From positions 3,286,001-3,350,000 of the forward strand of contig OZ038379.1 in the NCBI GenBank assembly GCA_964036045.1: DNA of 64,000 nt. Reading direction: 5' to 3'. This document shows, in pieces, positions 13,881 to 26,800 of the stretch. Made by a program: the position numbers and the translations under genes. Under the pieces are notes generated by a model, which saw nothing but the letters and a program-made list of their open reading frames with translations, searched no databases and had not been told where the DNA came from. The stretch comes from Eutreptiella sp. 'Long Island Sound 2002'. Taxonomy: Eukaryota > Protista > Euglenida. Positions within the stretch are counted from its first letter, which is position 1, and each line of letters opens with the position of its first letter.

Positions 13881-14090
13881 CTTGTACAACGTAACAATCG
13901 TCCGCAACGGAGCTGGAAGGTCCTTGCCCATCGCGGAGGGTGCATGCCGCTGTGTTGCCCGTAAGGCACACGATGGCAAAGCACGCGACGTTGCTGAAGC
14001 ACGCGGTTTTGGAAGCCGCCAAAGTCCGTACAGTGGTGTCCCCATTGGCGTAGGTCCCGCAGGACATTCCCGTGTGGAGGGTGTAGGAGA
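13881..14090 (-). CDS. Exon of modular extracellular protein: Cys-rich PAN/apple-like module B, copy 1 (SKTACFSNVACFAIVCLTGNTAACTLRDG)
   Basis: Acceptor ttatttgtag|, donor CAAG|GTATGT; 210 nt, phase 1-1. Confidence 0.8.
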
Positions 14091-15951
14091 CTACAAATAA
14101 TAATCAGCAGTGCCTCACAACGGTGGGGAAAAAAAAAAGCGAGAGGGGTCTACATTGCTGGACTTTTGCAGATCCCAGAGGAGTGGGCAAAAGAAACAAC
14201 AGGCCAACCATTTTGGGGACCCGAAAATTCTGTTGCCCCAACCTGGACTGGGTGCATCTGTTTCACCAGTTCCAGGCGGAGTGAGGGGATGGGAGGGGGA
14301 TTCGAATGACTGCGATCCGTTGCCAGCGCGGCCACCATTCAGCTGGACACACGAGCTCTGACCCGTGCAGTCTGTCATCCACCGGAAGCTGAAACACAAA
14401 AGGGCAGCCTTGGGTGGTACGGAGTCGTAAACAGGACTCCGTGCTTAGACAACGCTGTGCTTGTGCATCACAAGCGGGCATTTCGCCACGTGGACTCATC
14501 GCGGTTCCCCCATGCAGCCCAACTTGTGCAGAACTGGGGTGCACTCTGAGGCAACGATGTGGTCATCAACAACAGCAATAACTCTTTGTGGGCAACCCAG
14601 AGACGGTGGTAGCGGGACTCCAGAAGCTGTGTCATCTCCTGTTGACCAGTGCGAGCCACTTCGGGCAGCCGTCGAGCTGCATTCGGGTGATGCAGTAGGC
14701 CCGGGCAGGCAGAGTTTAATGCCAGATGAGTTTGACACAAGGGCCCCGCCTGCCCCGGGGTCGGCTGAAGGCGAGGTCCTGTGCACTGCGCTGCACTCCA
14801 TCAAGGAGTGCCATTTGGAATACTGATGCCCATGCCACCCTGTCTGGAGGTGTGCCAACCCTTTGCCGTGCGGTTCTGGCAACTGGAGGGATGCCGGTGA
14901 AATGTCCCGGCTCAACTTGCACACGTCCGCTGACATGATGCGGCCCTCCAACAGGTATCAATAGTGGCTTGGCTGAAACAGGCGCTAAGGAGTACTCTTT
15001 TGCAGGAGGTTGGGGTACCACAGGAAGTAGGAAGCCCGCAAGTGTAAGCACCGCGGCTGGCCATGGACACCCTGGCGCCTAGCCTAGGACGGTGTGATTC
15101 TGCCGGTTCGTACGGGCAAAATTTCACCGAAAATTGAGGGTCCGTCCGCTGACTGGCTGCCTCCAAGACTCCAAAGCAGAGCAATCATGACCTCCCCATC
15201 CCCTGTGGAATCATCGCCCATCATCTGATGGTAAGTACTAGTGCAAAAACGGAGAGCATGGAAAGGGCGAGAGCAGACATGCAAGGGGACTGCAGCACAA
15301 ATGTGAGACACTGCAATACCACCACCAGTGCCATAACCTTACAACAACGCAGCCCTCATGTGTGGAGGTGTGCCAATCCTTTAAGTCAAGAGGACATTTG
15401 GAACAAAAGGGGTGTTCCTATTCTTGCCAAACAATTTTTTCCCCATGGAAAATGTTGCCTCTCCTTGTATAGGAGTGTGTGAGGGTGGTCGCAGGCTGTG
15501 GCCATGTTTGTGTCGTGCCGTGCCGTGTTGCATGTGTACCCTGGACGGTCCGCAGAGAGGAGTGTGCACCCTCAGGCTAGGGTTGTAGAGAGGTTCTGCC
15601 CAGCTACATGCAAATTCAACACTTCAGGGGCACACATGGTGCTCGCGGGTGCCCCATGTGTCCAGCAGCCCCAAGCACGTTTGTGTTTGTCATAAATTGT
15701 TCTTCACCGGATGGTGGAGCCGGCCGGAGCAATGAATATGGAGCCGCTCACTGGCATTCAAACGAAACATTCAACACACAGACACGCACGCGCACTCACA
15801 CAGACCTCTCCACCCACCCACACCCTCCCCCACCCACCAACCACACACACACCCACACACCCACACAAGCACACAAACACAACCCCCCCCCCACCCCCCC
15901 GCAACACACCCACACACACCAGACAACGATTCTGCGAACGCATGAACACAC

Positions 15952-16416
15952 CAGCGGTCGAGCTCGAGCTGGAGGCCGGACAACCACAAGCGCTGTTGTA
16001 GAGATCAAAAGTAGCACTAGAGGTAATTCCACTCATAGTCTTCGTCCCTCCAGGGAAGCTGAACCACGTCAGGCTCGCGGCAGAGCTGGGATCACAATCC
16101 CTGGGAAAACCAACATCAATGTCATTGTAGTTGCAGTACGTCCACGCATTACTGTCAGCGGTCATATCAGCTTCGGAGCTGTAGAGCTTAAAATCAGTAT
16201 TGAGGAGATTGTTGGCGTCGGACCAGTAGGAGGTGAACAGAGTGTAGGGGTCCACGTCGGTCGGCAGCCGGGTGATCCGCTTGTAAATGGCAAAGACAGC
16301 CCCGTTGCGTTTGTAGCGCAATGTAGGGCAGGCATTGAATGCGCTGTTGAAGGCCGTTGAGCCGACGTCAATTACTGTGTCAGTGGCATTCACCTCCACT
16401 AGTGTCACCCACGAGG
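15952..16416 (-). CDS. Exon of modular extracellular protein: Cys/Trp-rich module A, copy 1 (FNACPTLRYKRNGAVFAIYKRIT...WTYCNYNDIDVGFPRDCDP)
   Basis: Acceptor gcgtcgcag|, donor GCTG|GTGTGT; 465 nt, phase 1-1; paralogue of 3420-3875. Confidence 0.88.
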
Positions 16417-17149
16417 CTGCGACGCATGGTGGCAAAATAATGTAGCAGGTACACAGCCAACACCAGCCATACCCAAACACCGTATGCCATCCCCGCCCCA
16501 TCCCATTCAAACATATCCTGTACCAATCCTATACAAGTCACACGTGCTACACAAAATGCCACACAGGGACTACACAAGCCACATACATCAGGGACGTCAC
16601 CCCAATACCATATCCCCTCGACACGCTGATTTCAAAAATCCCCGTTTTCAGTTTTTGTCAAATCTTGGGTCCGGGTCCCCTCCGGGGCCCGCGGGTCAGT
16701 CTCGGTAGGATTTTGGGGGGGGGTGACCTAATTAAAAACAGACAAATGCAAACCAGAGGTAATGCACTCCACAGTCAGGCATAAGTGCATCTTTATTCTC
16801 TATGCCAAACCTGGTTGAACCTCAAGACACACACTGTGTCTGAAACAGAAAACAGAACATCATGTCTGACTACATTAGTCAGACAATCACAGTCAGTAGC
16901 TGTCAGTCAGACATCAGCAATCAGTGTCGGATAAAGACACCATGCATTACCGGCATGGCCGAAAAGAGCAACCCGCCGCTTGCCGGCTGGAGAAGACTCC
17001 TGGGGGGTGTGACCTAATTAAAAACAGGATTTTGGGGGGGGGGGGGCATCAATTGAGCCCCTTTTGGGGTTGGCCATGAGCAACGGATACTGAGCTTGCA
17101 TATACCCCCGTGAAACAAGCATATGGGCATAGTCACAACTCACAGTACA

Positions 17150-17440
17150 TTGTTTTGCCTTGCTGCACTGCAGCGCAAACCAGATCAGTGCCGAATGTTG
17201 CCTTGAGGTCGCCGCACAAGACGGCTATCAAATGTTCCATGGGCCGTCTGGGTAAGCCCATCCCCCCCCATAGGCGCCGGTTAGCCATAAACCATGGACT
17301 CCAGGGTACACAACCCACCTTAAACTGCAAAAGACAAAAGCGAACGCTCCAGGGCAAGCCAACCGGGGTTCGAACCCGTGATCCGTGATGTGTGTGTGTG
17401 GTGCGTGTCCGGTATGCTACATTGCCGTCACTGTAGTATC
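17150..17440 (-). mobile_element. tRNA-derived SINE-like element, copy 1
   Basis: Minus-strand head gtgacggcaatg...cgggttcgaaccccgg (A/B-box-like), then a body shared with 31955-32200 (ctcaaggcaacattcggc...gctgcagtgcagca). Confidence 0.6.
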
Positions 17441-18696
17441 CGTTTCCCCAGCCACCCGCTCCCAAAGTCATTTCACCCTCTGTTGACTCGATCCACTGAC
17501 CAGTGCGCATCGCTTGCCGAAGACCAAGGGCAAGGCCGGTCCCATCGCCTCCGTGGGACCGTGAGACCTGGCCTCCAACCCCGAGAGCACTGGAGGGGGG
17601 GGGGGGCTGTCTAGCCAGAGGGCTGTCACGGGGGGGGGGCAACTACAATCAGTCCTAATGTGACCCACCCCCCAACTATTTGTCAAAATTTGCGGGGAGG
17701 GGGAGTTGGGGCGGGAGGGGGGGGGGGGTCGGCGGGAGGGTTGGGGGGGGGGGCTATGGGCAGCTCGGCCGGGGGGGGGGTTCCCGGAGGGGGGGGGGGG
17801 GCTGCTTGCAACCTACTACTACCATATGCATACGTCAAGGGGGTGTGTGTGTCTGAGGCATGGGGGTATAGAGGTTGTATGCAGTAGTAGCGATTTCTCG
17901 TTTTTGCAAGGAAGAAAGTCTTAAGGGTCTTGAGGACCAAAGGCATAGTACCCCCTTCAACTAAGCATGGGACAAAAAGTTGGGCGTTGTTGGCGCCATG
18001 GCCCCCGCACCGCTCAAAATATGGGGGGGGGGGGGGGGGCTGGGGGGGTTCGCATACAAGGACCGGGCCCGGCCGCCCCCCCCCCCCGTGCAGGGCTGTA
18101 TCGACCCCAACCCCCTAGTTGAAAGCCCGGTTGGCCTTTACAAATCTCATCCAAATCCAATACAAGGCCCATACATCCGAAAAACGATGCAAGAGGTCAG
18201 GGCCGAACCACCAGCCCACAGGACAACACAACAACGATCTACTGTGTAAGTTGTGAGACTGGGGAGGTTTGCCAGAGGGCAGCTCCTGTTTTAGATTGGG
18301 GAAGGCGGGGGGGGGGGGGGTCATCAGGTTGCCTTCAACCAGGGAAATGTTGGTTTCCATTGTGCCCCCACTGTCCCCCTGCCGCCACTCACGCGATGCC
18401 GCTCTCCTTTTCAAGAGCAGGTGATGAATCCTTTCCATTTTTCAGAAAACATGCTTCGGATAGGCCACAACAAACGCACAAAATCACAAGTGTCAGGGAC
18501 CGAAAACATGGACAGGGCGTGTTTGCTTGGCGTGTGGGCCCCAATCATTATGACCATACGTGCGATACCATGGTCCAATCGGACGCAGTGCGCACCTTTG
18601 GCAAATTTAGGGGAGGTTACGATTTCGGGGCCCATCCGCCAGGTTCAGCAATGAAGCTTGATGCCTACACTCGAGGGCGCCCCCACGCGCCAAAAC

Positions 18697-18727
18697 AACA
18701 AAAACTAACAACAACAACAAGAAAAAG

Positions 18728-18770
<43 letters not shown>

Positions 18771-19223
18771 GAAACAAAAAACAACAACAGAACAACAACA
18801 GAAACAAGAGCAACCGCAACAACAGCAACCACAACCATAACAGCCACAACCACAGACACAACGACAACCACAACAAAAACGCCAACAACAACCACGATAA
18901 TCACAACAACAACAACAAGCACAACAGCAAAAACAACAACAATGACAACAAAAACCACAACCACGGCCACAACCACAACATAAACAACGACAACAGCAGC
19001 AACCACTGCAACAGGACAACAACAACTACAACAACAACTACAACAACAACAATCACACCAGCACCAACAACAACACCAACAACAACAATGACAGCAACAA
19101 AAACAACAATAAAAACAACCACAACAATCACAACAACAACCAAGACAACAACAATAACAACAGCAATAACAACAACAACAACAACCAACACCACCACCAC
19201 CACCACAACAACAACAACAACAA

Positions 19224-19301
<78 letters not shown>

Positions 19302-19306
19302 ACCAT

Positions 19307-19398
<92 letters not shown>

Positions 19399-19570
19399 AC
19401 AGAGTAAGAACAACAATAACAACAACCATAACAACAACAACAACAACAACAACGTTGACAACAACAACAGCAGCAGGAACCACAAGAACAACAACAACAA
19501 CAACAACAACAACGTTGACAACAACAACAGCGGAAGGAACCACAAGAACAACAACAACACTAACACCACC

Positions 19571-19646
<76 letters not shown>

Positions 19647-19820
19647 GCAGCAATAACAACAACAACAAAAACAACAAAAACAACAAACAGAGTAAGAACA
19701 ACAATAACAACAACCATAATAACAACAACAACAACAACAACAACGTTGACAACAACAACAGCAGCAGCAGGAACCACAAGAACAGCAACAACACTAACAC
19801 CACCACCACCACCAACAACA
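18697..19820. repeat. (ACA)n / (AAC)n microsatellite block 1 with higher-order internal duplication
   Basis: Long pure ACA runs; the segment aacaaacagagtaagaac...aacgttgacaac...ggaaccacaagaac recurs at ~19395 and ~19684. Confidence 0.97.
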
Positions 19821-20444
19821 ACCTCTTGCTTCCTGCGGATCCGAGGTGTGAATGGCAGGCCTTTGTAGGGATCAAGGCCTGATCTAGGAAACTCGAGGTC
19901 GCGATGTGATCAGCATGTGCAAGCAACAGACCAGAAAAAGTTCAACAACAAGGTCTTGCACATGGTCTGGGAAGCGCGACAGCGCCTATGGGCGCCCGCA
20001 CATGAAGTAACCGAGGTGTGACCAGCAGGCTGCCACTGTATTGCACACTGTGCCCATGCGACAGCATGAGGCGTGATCTGAGAAACTCGAGGTCGAGATG
20101 TGCACAGCAAGCAACGGGGATCCACGACGGCATCATCAACGATACCGTGCGCTTGGTCCGGAAAGCTCGGTTATGACGTGTCGTTCGAGAGCCCTTGCAG
20201 TGCCGCTTGTGCACCAAGGTCAAAGGCTATGCACCGAGGCAGGTGGCCTCAGTGACCTATACCAATGTTGACCCAAAGCCACCAACTGGCATGCATCCAT
20301 GGCACAAGGTGAGCTGCGGTGAGACGGTGTAGTGTCGCTGTTTGGGTCCAAGGGACAAACAGTGTTCCGAGGATTGTGCTGTGTCTTCCTGGGGGAGGAT
20401 GCGCAGCCGCGCGAGAAAGAACGGGCGCTTCACCGCAACACCGC

Positions 20445-20787
20445 AACACCGCAACCAACAACAACAACAACAATAGCAATAACAACAACAACATCAACAA
20501 CAGCAACAACAACAACATCAAAAACGACAACACAAAGAACAACAAGAACAACAATAACAACAACAACCACAATAATAGCAACAATAACGACAACAACAAC
20601 AATAAACACAACAGCCACAATAACCGCAAAAACAACAGCAGCAGCAGCAACCACGAGAACAGCAACAACGATGACAACAACAAAAACAACAACAAAAACA
20701 ACCACAACAATCACATCAATAACCAGGACAACAACAATAACAACAACAACAATAACAACAATAACAATGACCACCACCACCACCACC

Positions 20788-20884
<97 letters not shown>

Positions 20885-21123
20885 AAATATCAATAGCAAT
20901 AACAATAACAACAACAACAACAACAACATCGAAAACGACAACACAAGGAACAACAAGAACAACAAAAAAAACAACAACCACAATCACAGCAACAATGACA
21001 ACAACAACAACAACAACAACAACAAACAGAATGGCCACAATAACAACAACAATAACAACAACAACGGCAACCATGAGAACAGCAACAACAATGACAACGA
21101 AAACAACAACAGCAGTAGCAACC

Positions 21124-21168
<45 letters not shown>

Positions 21169-21175
21169 GAACAAA
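20445..21175. repeat. (ACA)n microsatellite block 2
   Basis: Directly visible; source of poly-T, poly-N and poly-V ORFs. Confidence 0.97.
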
Positions 21176-21689
21176 ATCCTCGCTCAGGCACACAGCAGAC
21201 CCATGGCTGCTAGTACGGCAAACCAACGAGGAAGCCTTACCTTGAATGCAATTTAGGGGCTGGGTCCTGAGATATCTGCCGTTACGGAGCTGAGTCCCCT
21301 ATGAAAGTATATGGGGCTGGGCCCCTTGTCGATTTATGCCTTCGTGGCCAAGTGGAGGTATGCTATTTTTGGGGTGGTTCCCTTACAGATTTACGCCACT
21401 GTGGGGCTGGGCCCTCAGTGAAGCAATGCACTTGACTGACGGCAGGATCTACTGCAGACACCTGGCTCCCTAGAGCACCCATCTTCCCATGGAGATGCAG
21501 CTGACTGACGGGGGGATCTACTTGCAGATACCTAGCTCCCTGGAGCACCCGTCTCCGTCTCCACTGTGGGGCGAGTCCCCTGTGCAAGGAAACCATCAAG
21601 GGGCTGGGTCCCCGTCCATTTGTGCCATTATGCAACTGTGGGGCTGGCCCCAGTGGACTCATACAAACGTGGGGCTGGGCCCCCTACGG

Positions 21690-21815
21690 ATTGAAGCTAT
21701 TGTGGGGCTGGGTCCCCTGTGGAGCTATGCAACTGTGGGGCGGGGTCCCCTGTGGAGCAGTGCAACTGTGGGGCTGGGTCCCCTGTGGAGCAATGCAACT
21801 GTGGGGCAGAGTCCC
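21690..21815. repeat. ~32-bp tandem repeat TGTGGAGCAATGCAACTGTGGGGCTGGGTCCCC, with degenerate copies back to ~21260
   Basis: 3-4 near-identical units; the core CTGTGGGGC is the reverse complement of the CCCCACAG satellite unit. Confidence 0.85.
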
Positions 21816-21947
21816 CCATGGCAGTGTCACGGTGTAGCAATGCTGTGCCGTGTGTACCTTGATGCTGGAAGCAGATTATACCCTCTAGCATGTCCTGCTG
21901 TGTGATCCTAGAGGGGGGCGTGATGCCGCGCGCAGAATACGCTACAC

Positions 21948-22077
21948 TAGAACAACAAAAACAACAACAGCAACAACACAACAAACAACAGCAGCCAACA
22001 ACAACCACAACAACAACAGGAACAACAACCACACCAACACTACCATCAACAACAATAACCACAGCAACAACAACCAT

Positions 22078-22115
<38 letters not shown>

Positions 22116-22290
22116 GAACAACAACAACAACAACAAGCACAATTGCAACCACAACCACAACCACGACAGCAACAACAAGAACAACTACAATGACCACAAA
22201 AACAACCACAAGCGCAACAGCCACAACACCAACAACAACACCAACAACAACAACAAGCACAACAATAACAACAACAACAACAACAACAAC
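21948..22290. repeat. (ACA)n microsatellite block 3
   Basis: Directly visible. Confidence 0.96.
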
Positions 22291-22499
22291 GTAGGAAGGT
22301 GTTGACCCATGACAGTGCAAACACCGGAAGGCAGTGAGACAGTGCAGCGGCGCCGTCTGGTCAACTGCCAGCAACCACCCACCAGCTCTCAGAAGTAGTT
22401 AGTCGTAGATCATCTGCCAGCATGCCCTGTTGTATGTTCCTAGGAGAGGACGTGCAGCCACGCGTAAACAACAGGCCTGTCACCACTACACCGCTACAC

Positions 22500-22503
22500 C
22501 GAC

Positions 22504-22560
<57 letters not shown>

Positions 22561-23410
22561 CAGCTGCAACATCCAGAGCCAAAAAAAACAAGTACAACAA
22601 CAACAACAACAGGAACAACAACACAGAAACCACAACACCAAGAACCACAACAACCACAACAACCACAATCACAATCACAATCACAACAGCAACAAGAGCA
22701 GCCACAACAACCGAAACGACAAAAACCACCACAACAACAAAAACAACAACAACAGCCACAATGGCCACAACAACAATAACAGCCGCAACAACCAGAACCA
22801 CAAAAAGCAACAACAACAACAGCAGCGTAACAGCAACGACACCGAAAACGACAACACAAAGAACAACCGCAACAACAATAATAACAACCAAAATCACAAT
22901 ACCGACAACAACAACAACAGCAGCAGCAGCCACGACAACCAAAGGACAAAGACCACCACCACAACAACAACAACCACAACGACCGCAACCGCAACCAGAA
23001 CCTCAAAAAACAACAGCAGCAGCAGCAACAACCACAACAACCACAACCACAACCACAACCACAACCACAACCACAACCACAACCACAACCATAAACACCA
23101 CCACCACCACAACAACAACAACAACAATAACAACACCAGCAACGACGACAAAGATAACCACCACCACAACCGAAACAACAACAAAGCAACACCATCAACA
23201 ACCATAACAAGAACAACCACAACAACCACAACAACAATTACCACAACGACAACGACAACAGAAACAACAACAACGACAACAACAACAAAGACAACAAAAA
23301 CAACAAGAAGAACACCAACAATGACAACAACCGCCACGACAACAACCACAACAACAATGACAACGACAGCAATAACCACCACAACAACAACAACAACACC
23401 AACAACAACA
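22500..23410. repeat. (ACA)n and (ACAACC)n microsatellite block 4
   Basis: Directly visible; ends ~170 bp from the donor of exon 23584. Confidence 0.96.
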
Positions 23411-23583
23411 TGCTGTAGTTCTTGTTGTGGTTGTTGTTGCCGGGTTCGCATACAAGTCCAAAACGCGCCCTGAGTTCATGTAGCAAGCACGAACACATCG
23501 CCAAGCCGTTCCTCGCAGCGCAGAGAGGCACTCGCTGTGGGTGCAGTGAAACGTCTGCCACGTGACAAGCAATCGACACATAC

Positions 23584-23877
23584 CGGTGTCCGAGGTCCAA
23601 ATGCGGTTCGAGTTGTAACCACATCCGGTGCCACAGCACAGGCCTGAATCCAGTTCGGCTACCGTGCACAGCCTTCTGCCTTTGTCGGCACAAGCCGTCA
23701 CAGCCTCGCTGTACGTTGCGGCCGAAGGATAGCAGACGTCGCCCGGATCTGTGTTACAGTCGGTCCCAGCGGTGTTGCAGCATCTGACTGCGTGCCGATC
23801 AGACTCCAGAGACAACTCCGCATACTGGTGTTTACCTGTGGTGAGGCATCCATCAGTAGTCATCCGCGCTGCCATCC
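23584..23877 (-). CDS. Exon of modular extracellular protein: Cys-rich module with C-type-lectin-like signature (HAVRCC...EAVTACADKGRRLCTVAELDSGLCCGTGCGYNSNRIWTS)
   Basis: Acceptor ctcatctcag|, donor ACCG|GTATGT; 294 nt, phase 1-1. This is the most 5' exon I could identify; no signal-peptide exon was found. Confidence 0.82.
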
Positions 23878-26800
23878 CTGAGATGAGTGAGTGCATTGCA
23901 GTGAGCGATGCATGGGAGGAAAAAAGCAGATGGGCAGCAGCAGGATGCACGAGGAAAATGGAGACAGACCAGAAGACAAAGCGGCAGAGGAAAAGCGACG
24001 GAGTGGTGGTTGGCAACCTCACATGTTGCTGCCCCAACAGTTTTTGGGGTACGGGGGCGAGCAGTAGCACTAGGGCCAGCTGCAGCAATGCCTGAGGCTT
24101 TGTGACCCTCCCCTATAATCGTAGCACAGTCACAAACCCGAGTCACAGGAGGGAGGGCACCGCCTACCCCGTTATCCAACTCCAACGTTCACCTACTACG
24201 GGACCCAGCCTCACCCAAAAAGTCGGGGTTTTCTCGAGGCAGCTGTACAAAATGTGGGTTCTATCCCTGCCTTGGTAGGTGCATGCCCTTCCCTTGTCCC
24301 TCCTAGTGCATGGAGTGGACACAAACAAAAAAAATGAATAAAAATTTCTCCTTGATTTCTGCATGGCCCTGCATGGCAATGAGAAGCAAGGAACTCACAT
24401 CAGTTTCGCTTCTCACATGTCCGTCATGTGTATTTGATGTCAATACAAAAATTCATTTCACCTCGGTGCCAAGTGTGCACATCGGCTTGCTTATTCTGCC
24501 TTCGTGGCTTACCCCCCTTATCATATTGTATCACAGGCATTGCATCTGCCTTCTGGATGTTTTCTTTTCTGCGTCTTTTTTTTGTCCTCCTGGAAACATA
24601 GTCCGGACGCTGCAAGGGTGAGTTTACGGGTGCTATGCTACACGGCGCGTGCTCCGCCCGGTTCATATAGTATCTTTAAAGCAGGCCTACCCCTCGCAAA
24701 GAGAGGGACACTGCTTTCTCCTATTGATACTACAAAGTATGCCACCTGGCTACGGCCACGCCTTCAAATTGAAGACAAGAACCAGGAACAGTGATGACGA
24801 GAATATGTACAAGCAAACACATGGATGTTTTCTTTTCTGTGTCTGTCAGAGGTTCAACCAGGTCTGGAGAGATATGGAGAATAAAGATGCACTCATATCA
24901 GATTGTGGGGTGCATTGCCTCAATTTGCACCGCCCACATCGATACACTTTACATACATGCGAAAATTCATTTACCCTCTGTGCTGACTGTGCATATAGGC
25001 TTTGCTTGTTCCACCTTCATGCCTTACACCACCCTTGCACAAGCCAATCCCTCACCCCCCACTGGGTCATGCAATTGTAAAGAGTGGTTGCCGCTCATGA
25101 CAACATTGTGCCTCAGAGTGCAACCCATGGCTGCACAAATTGGAGTGGATTGGGAACAGTGATGGGTCCACATTGCGCTTGGAATGTGTGATGAAACACC
25201 TGCTGGGCTCACCAAAGCGCAGCCCCTTCTGAACACGGGATCCCTGCCCTATCATTGTCTGCCATGCTCTTGTGCACGGGTAGGGGGGGGGGGGACCTGC
25301 TTGAAGGGGAGGGGGGTTTGGGGGGGTGTAATTGTCCAGCATCTACAGAGCGGGTACAGGAGACTGTGAAAGCAGTGGAGGGTTGGTCACTAGCGGTTGG
25401 AAATGCGTTTGGGGCTGATGTTTGGGGTACAAAAATGTCTTGGGGTAGAATCACGGCCGGAGTCTTGGCGGTGGGGAGGGGGGGTACCCCCCCTTCAAAC
25501 AATTTTTTTTGGGGAGGGGTGGCAGTGGCTCACATGGGAGGCTGCCAATAACCACTCCAGTGGTGGGTTGTGGGAGGGATGGGTAGCAACTTATAAACAA
25601 TTTATTTCTGAAATATCAACCCATTGTGTGCATCCACAGGTACCAACATACTCACTCAGCGCATTGACTTACAATGCATGTTTTTGTTGGCGTATTGGCT
25701 TGTGAGGTTGCTAGCAAGTGCTGTGGCAATGGCTCACAAAGATGCGCTGCGCTATCAATGTAGGCAGCAGCATGTGAAGTTTCCAGCCACCAGTCTGGCA
25801 ATGGCTCACATGGGAGCCTGCTAGTAACCACTCTGACAGTGGCTCACGGTAGAGGGGGAAGGGGCGGGGTCACGGCTTGAAAAAAATTCATTTCGAAAAC
25901 TCAAGCCAATGCGTGCACTCGGAAGTACCACCATGCTCACCATTGTGACAGTGACTCGCAAAGGGTACCTTGGATTGTGTGGCTAGAGGCATGTGTGTTT
26001 GCTTTTTGAGTATGGGATGGGGGTTGTGGTGATCCCTAAAGGTGCAAAAATTGTTACCTCTCGTGTAACACACTTGTTCAAGTTCCGAGGAAGAAATCCC
26101 CGGGGTACTATGGACAGCCGGTGGTATGTGCCACAGCATATCAGCTTTCCACTGTGTATTGCATGTTAGCTCTTTTTTTGTGCTGGTGCCAGTTGTGGGC
26201 AAACATTCTGGTGTGTTGTTGTTGCCATATGTTAGCTTGTGTTTTGTAAACGAGAGGAGGAGGGGTGCATTTTGGTTGGTGAGAGTGGGACATTTGTCCC
26301 TCTACTCAAAATTATTGCTTCTGTCCCCGTGGCATCCAATCCCATGCCCATACTAGCATGCCTCACATCAAGTCTTCTCTAGGACCTTGAGGTTGGCCAC
26401 AAGGGGACATGTTTGCCCTGACCGTGCCTGCCGCACCATGACATTCATCGCCAACAACATGCTGAAATTCATGAGTGACTGGCTCAGGGTCCACGCTTTT
26501 CTAGATTGCTCAATCGTTCCAAGATTGGGCTAGACACTAGTGCGTTTTGAATTGTTCTCCCTTCTTCATGAGGCCTTAGCTTGATTGCCTCATCCTGATT
26601 TCACTTGTTACTTCAGTGTCCTTGAAGTGGGGTAGACTCCCAGAGTGTCAGACTCAATCTTTGGCCGCCAAACTAGTTGCGGCAGGGCTGGGTCACTAGC
26701 CCTCAAATGGCCTGCTTACATGCTATGGTTTGTGGTGATGTTGTGAGGTTGGACGCGGGAGGGGGGACACTAGAGCCCTTGTTCCAAAGCCCCTCCCCAA

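Noticed and set aside
14496-14951. Possible reverse transcriptase (SGVP...VIAVVDDHIV)
   Set aside because: Motif spacing is too short, the Y/FxDD motif is absent, and no other RT motifs are present; at most unrecognisable TE debris.
17400-17520. GH16-like peptide TLGAGGWGNGYYSDGNVAY
   Set aside because: No phase-compatible GT donor, and the 3' half overlaps the tRNA-like SINE head.
18607-23473. Poly-Thr, poly-Asn, poly-Gln, poly-Val, poly-Leu and poly-Cys ORFs
   Set aside because: Artefacts of (ACA)n, which lacks stop codons in all frames; no splice or codon evidence.
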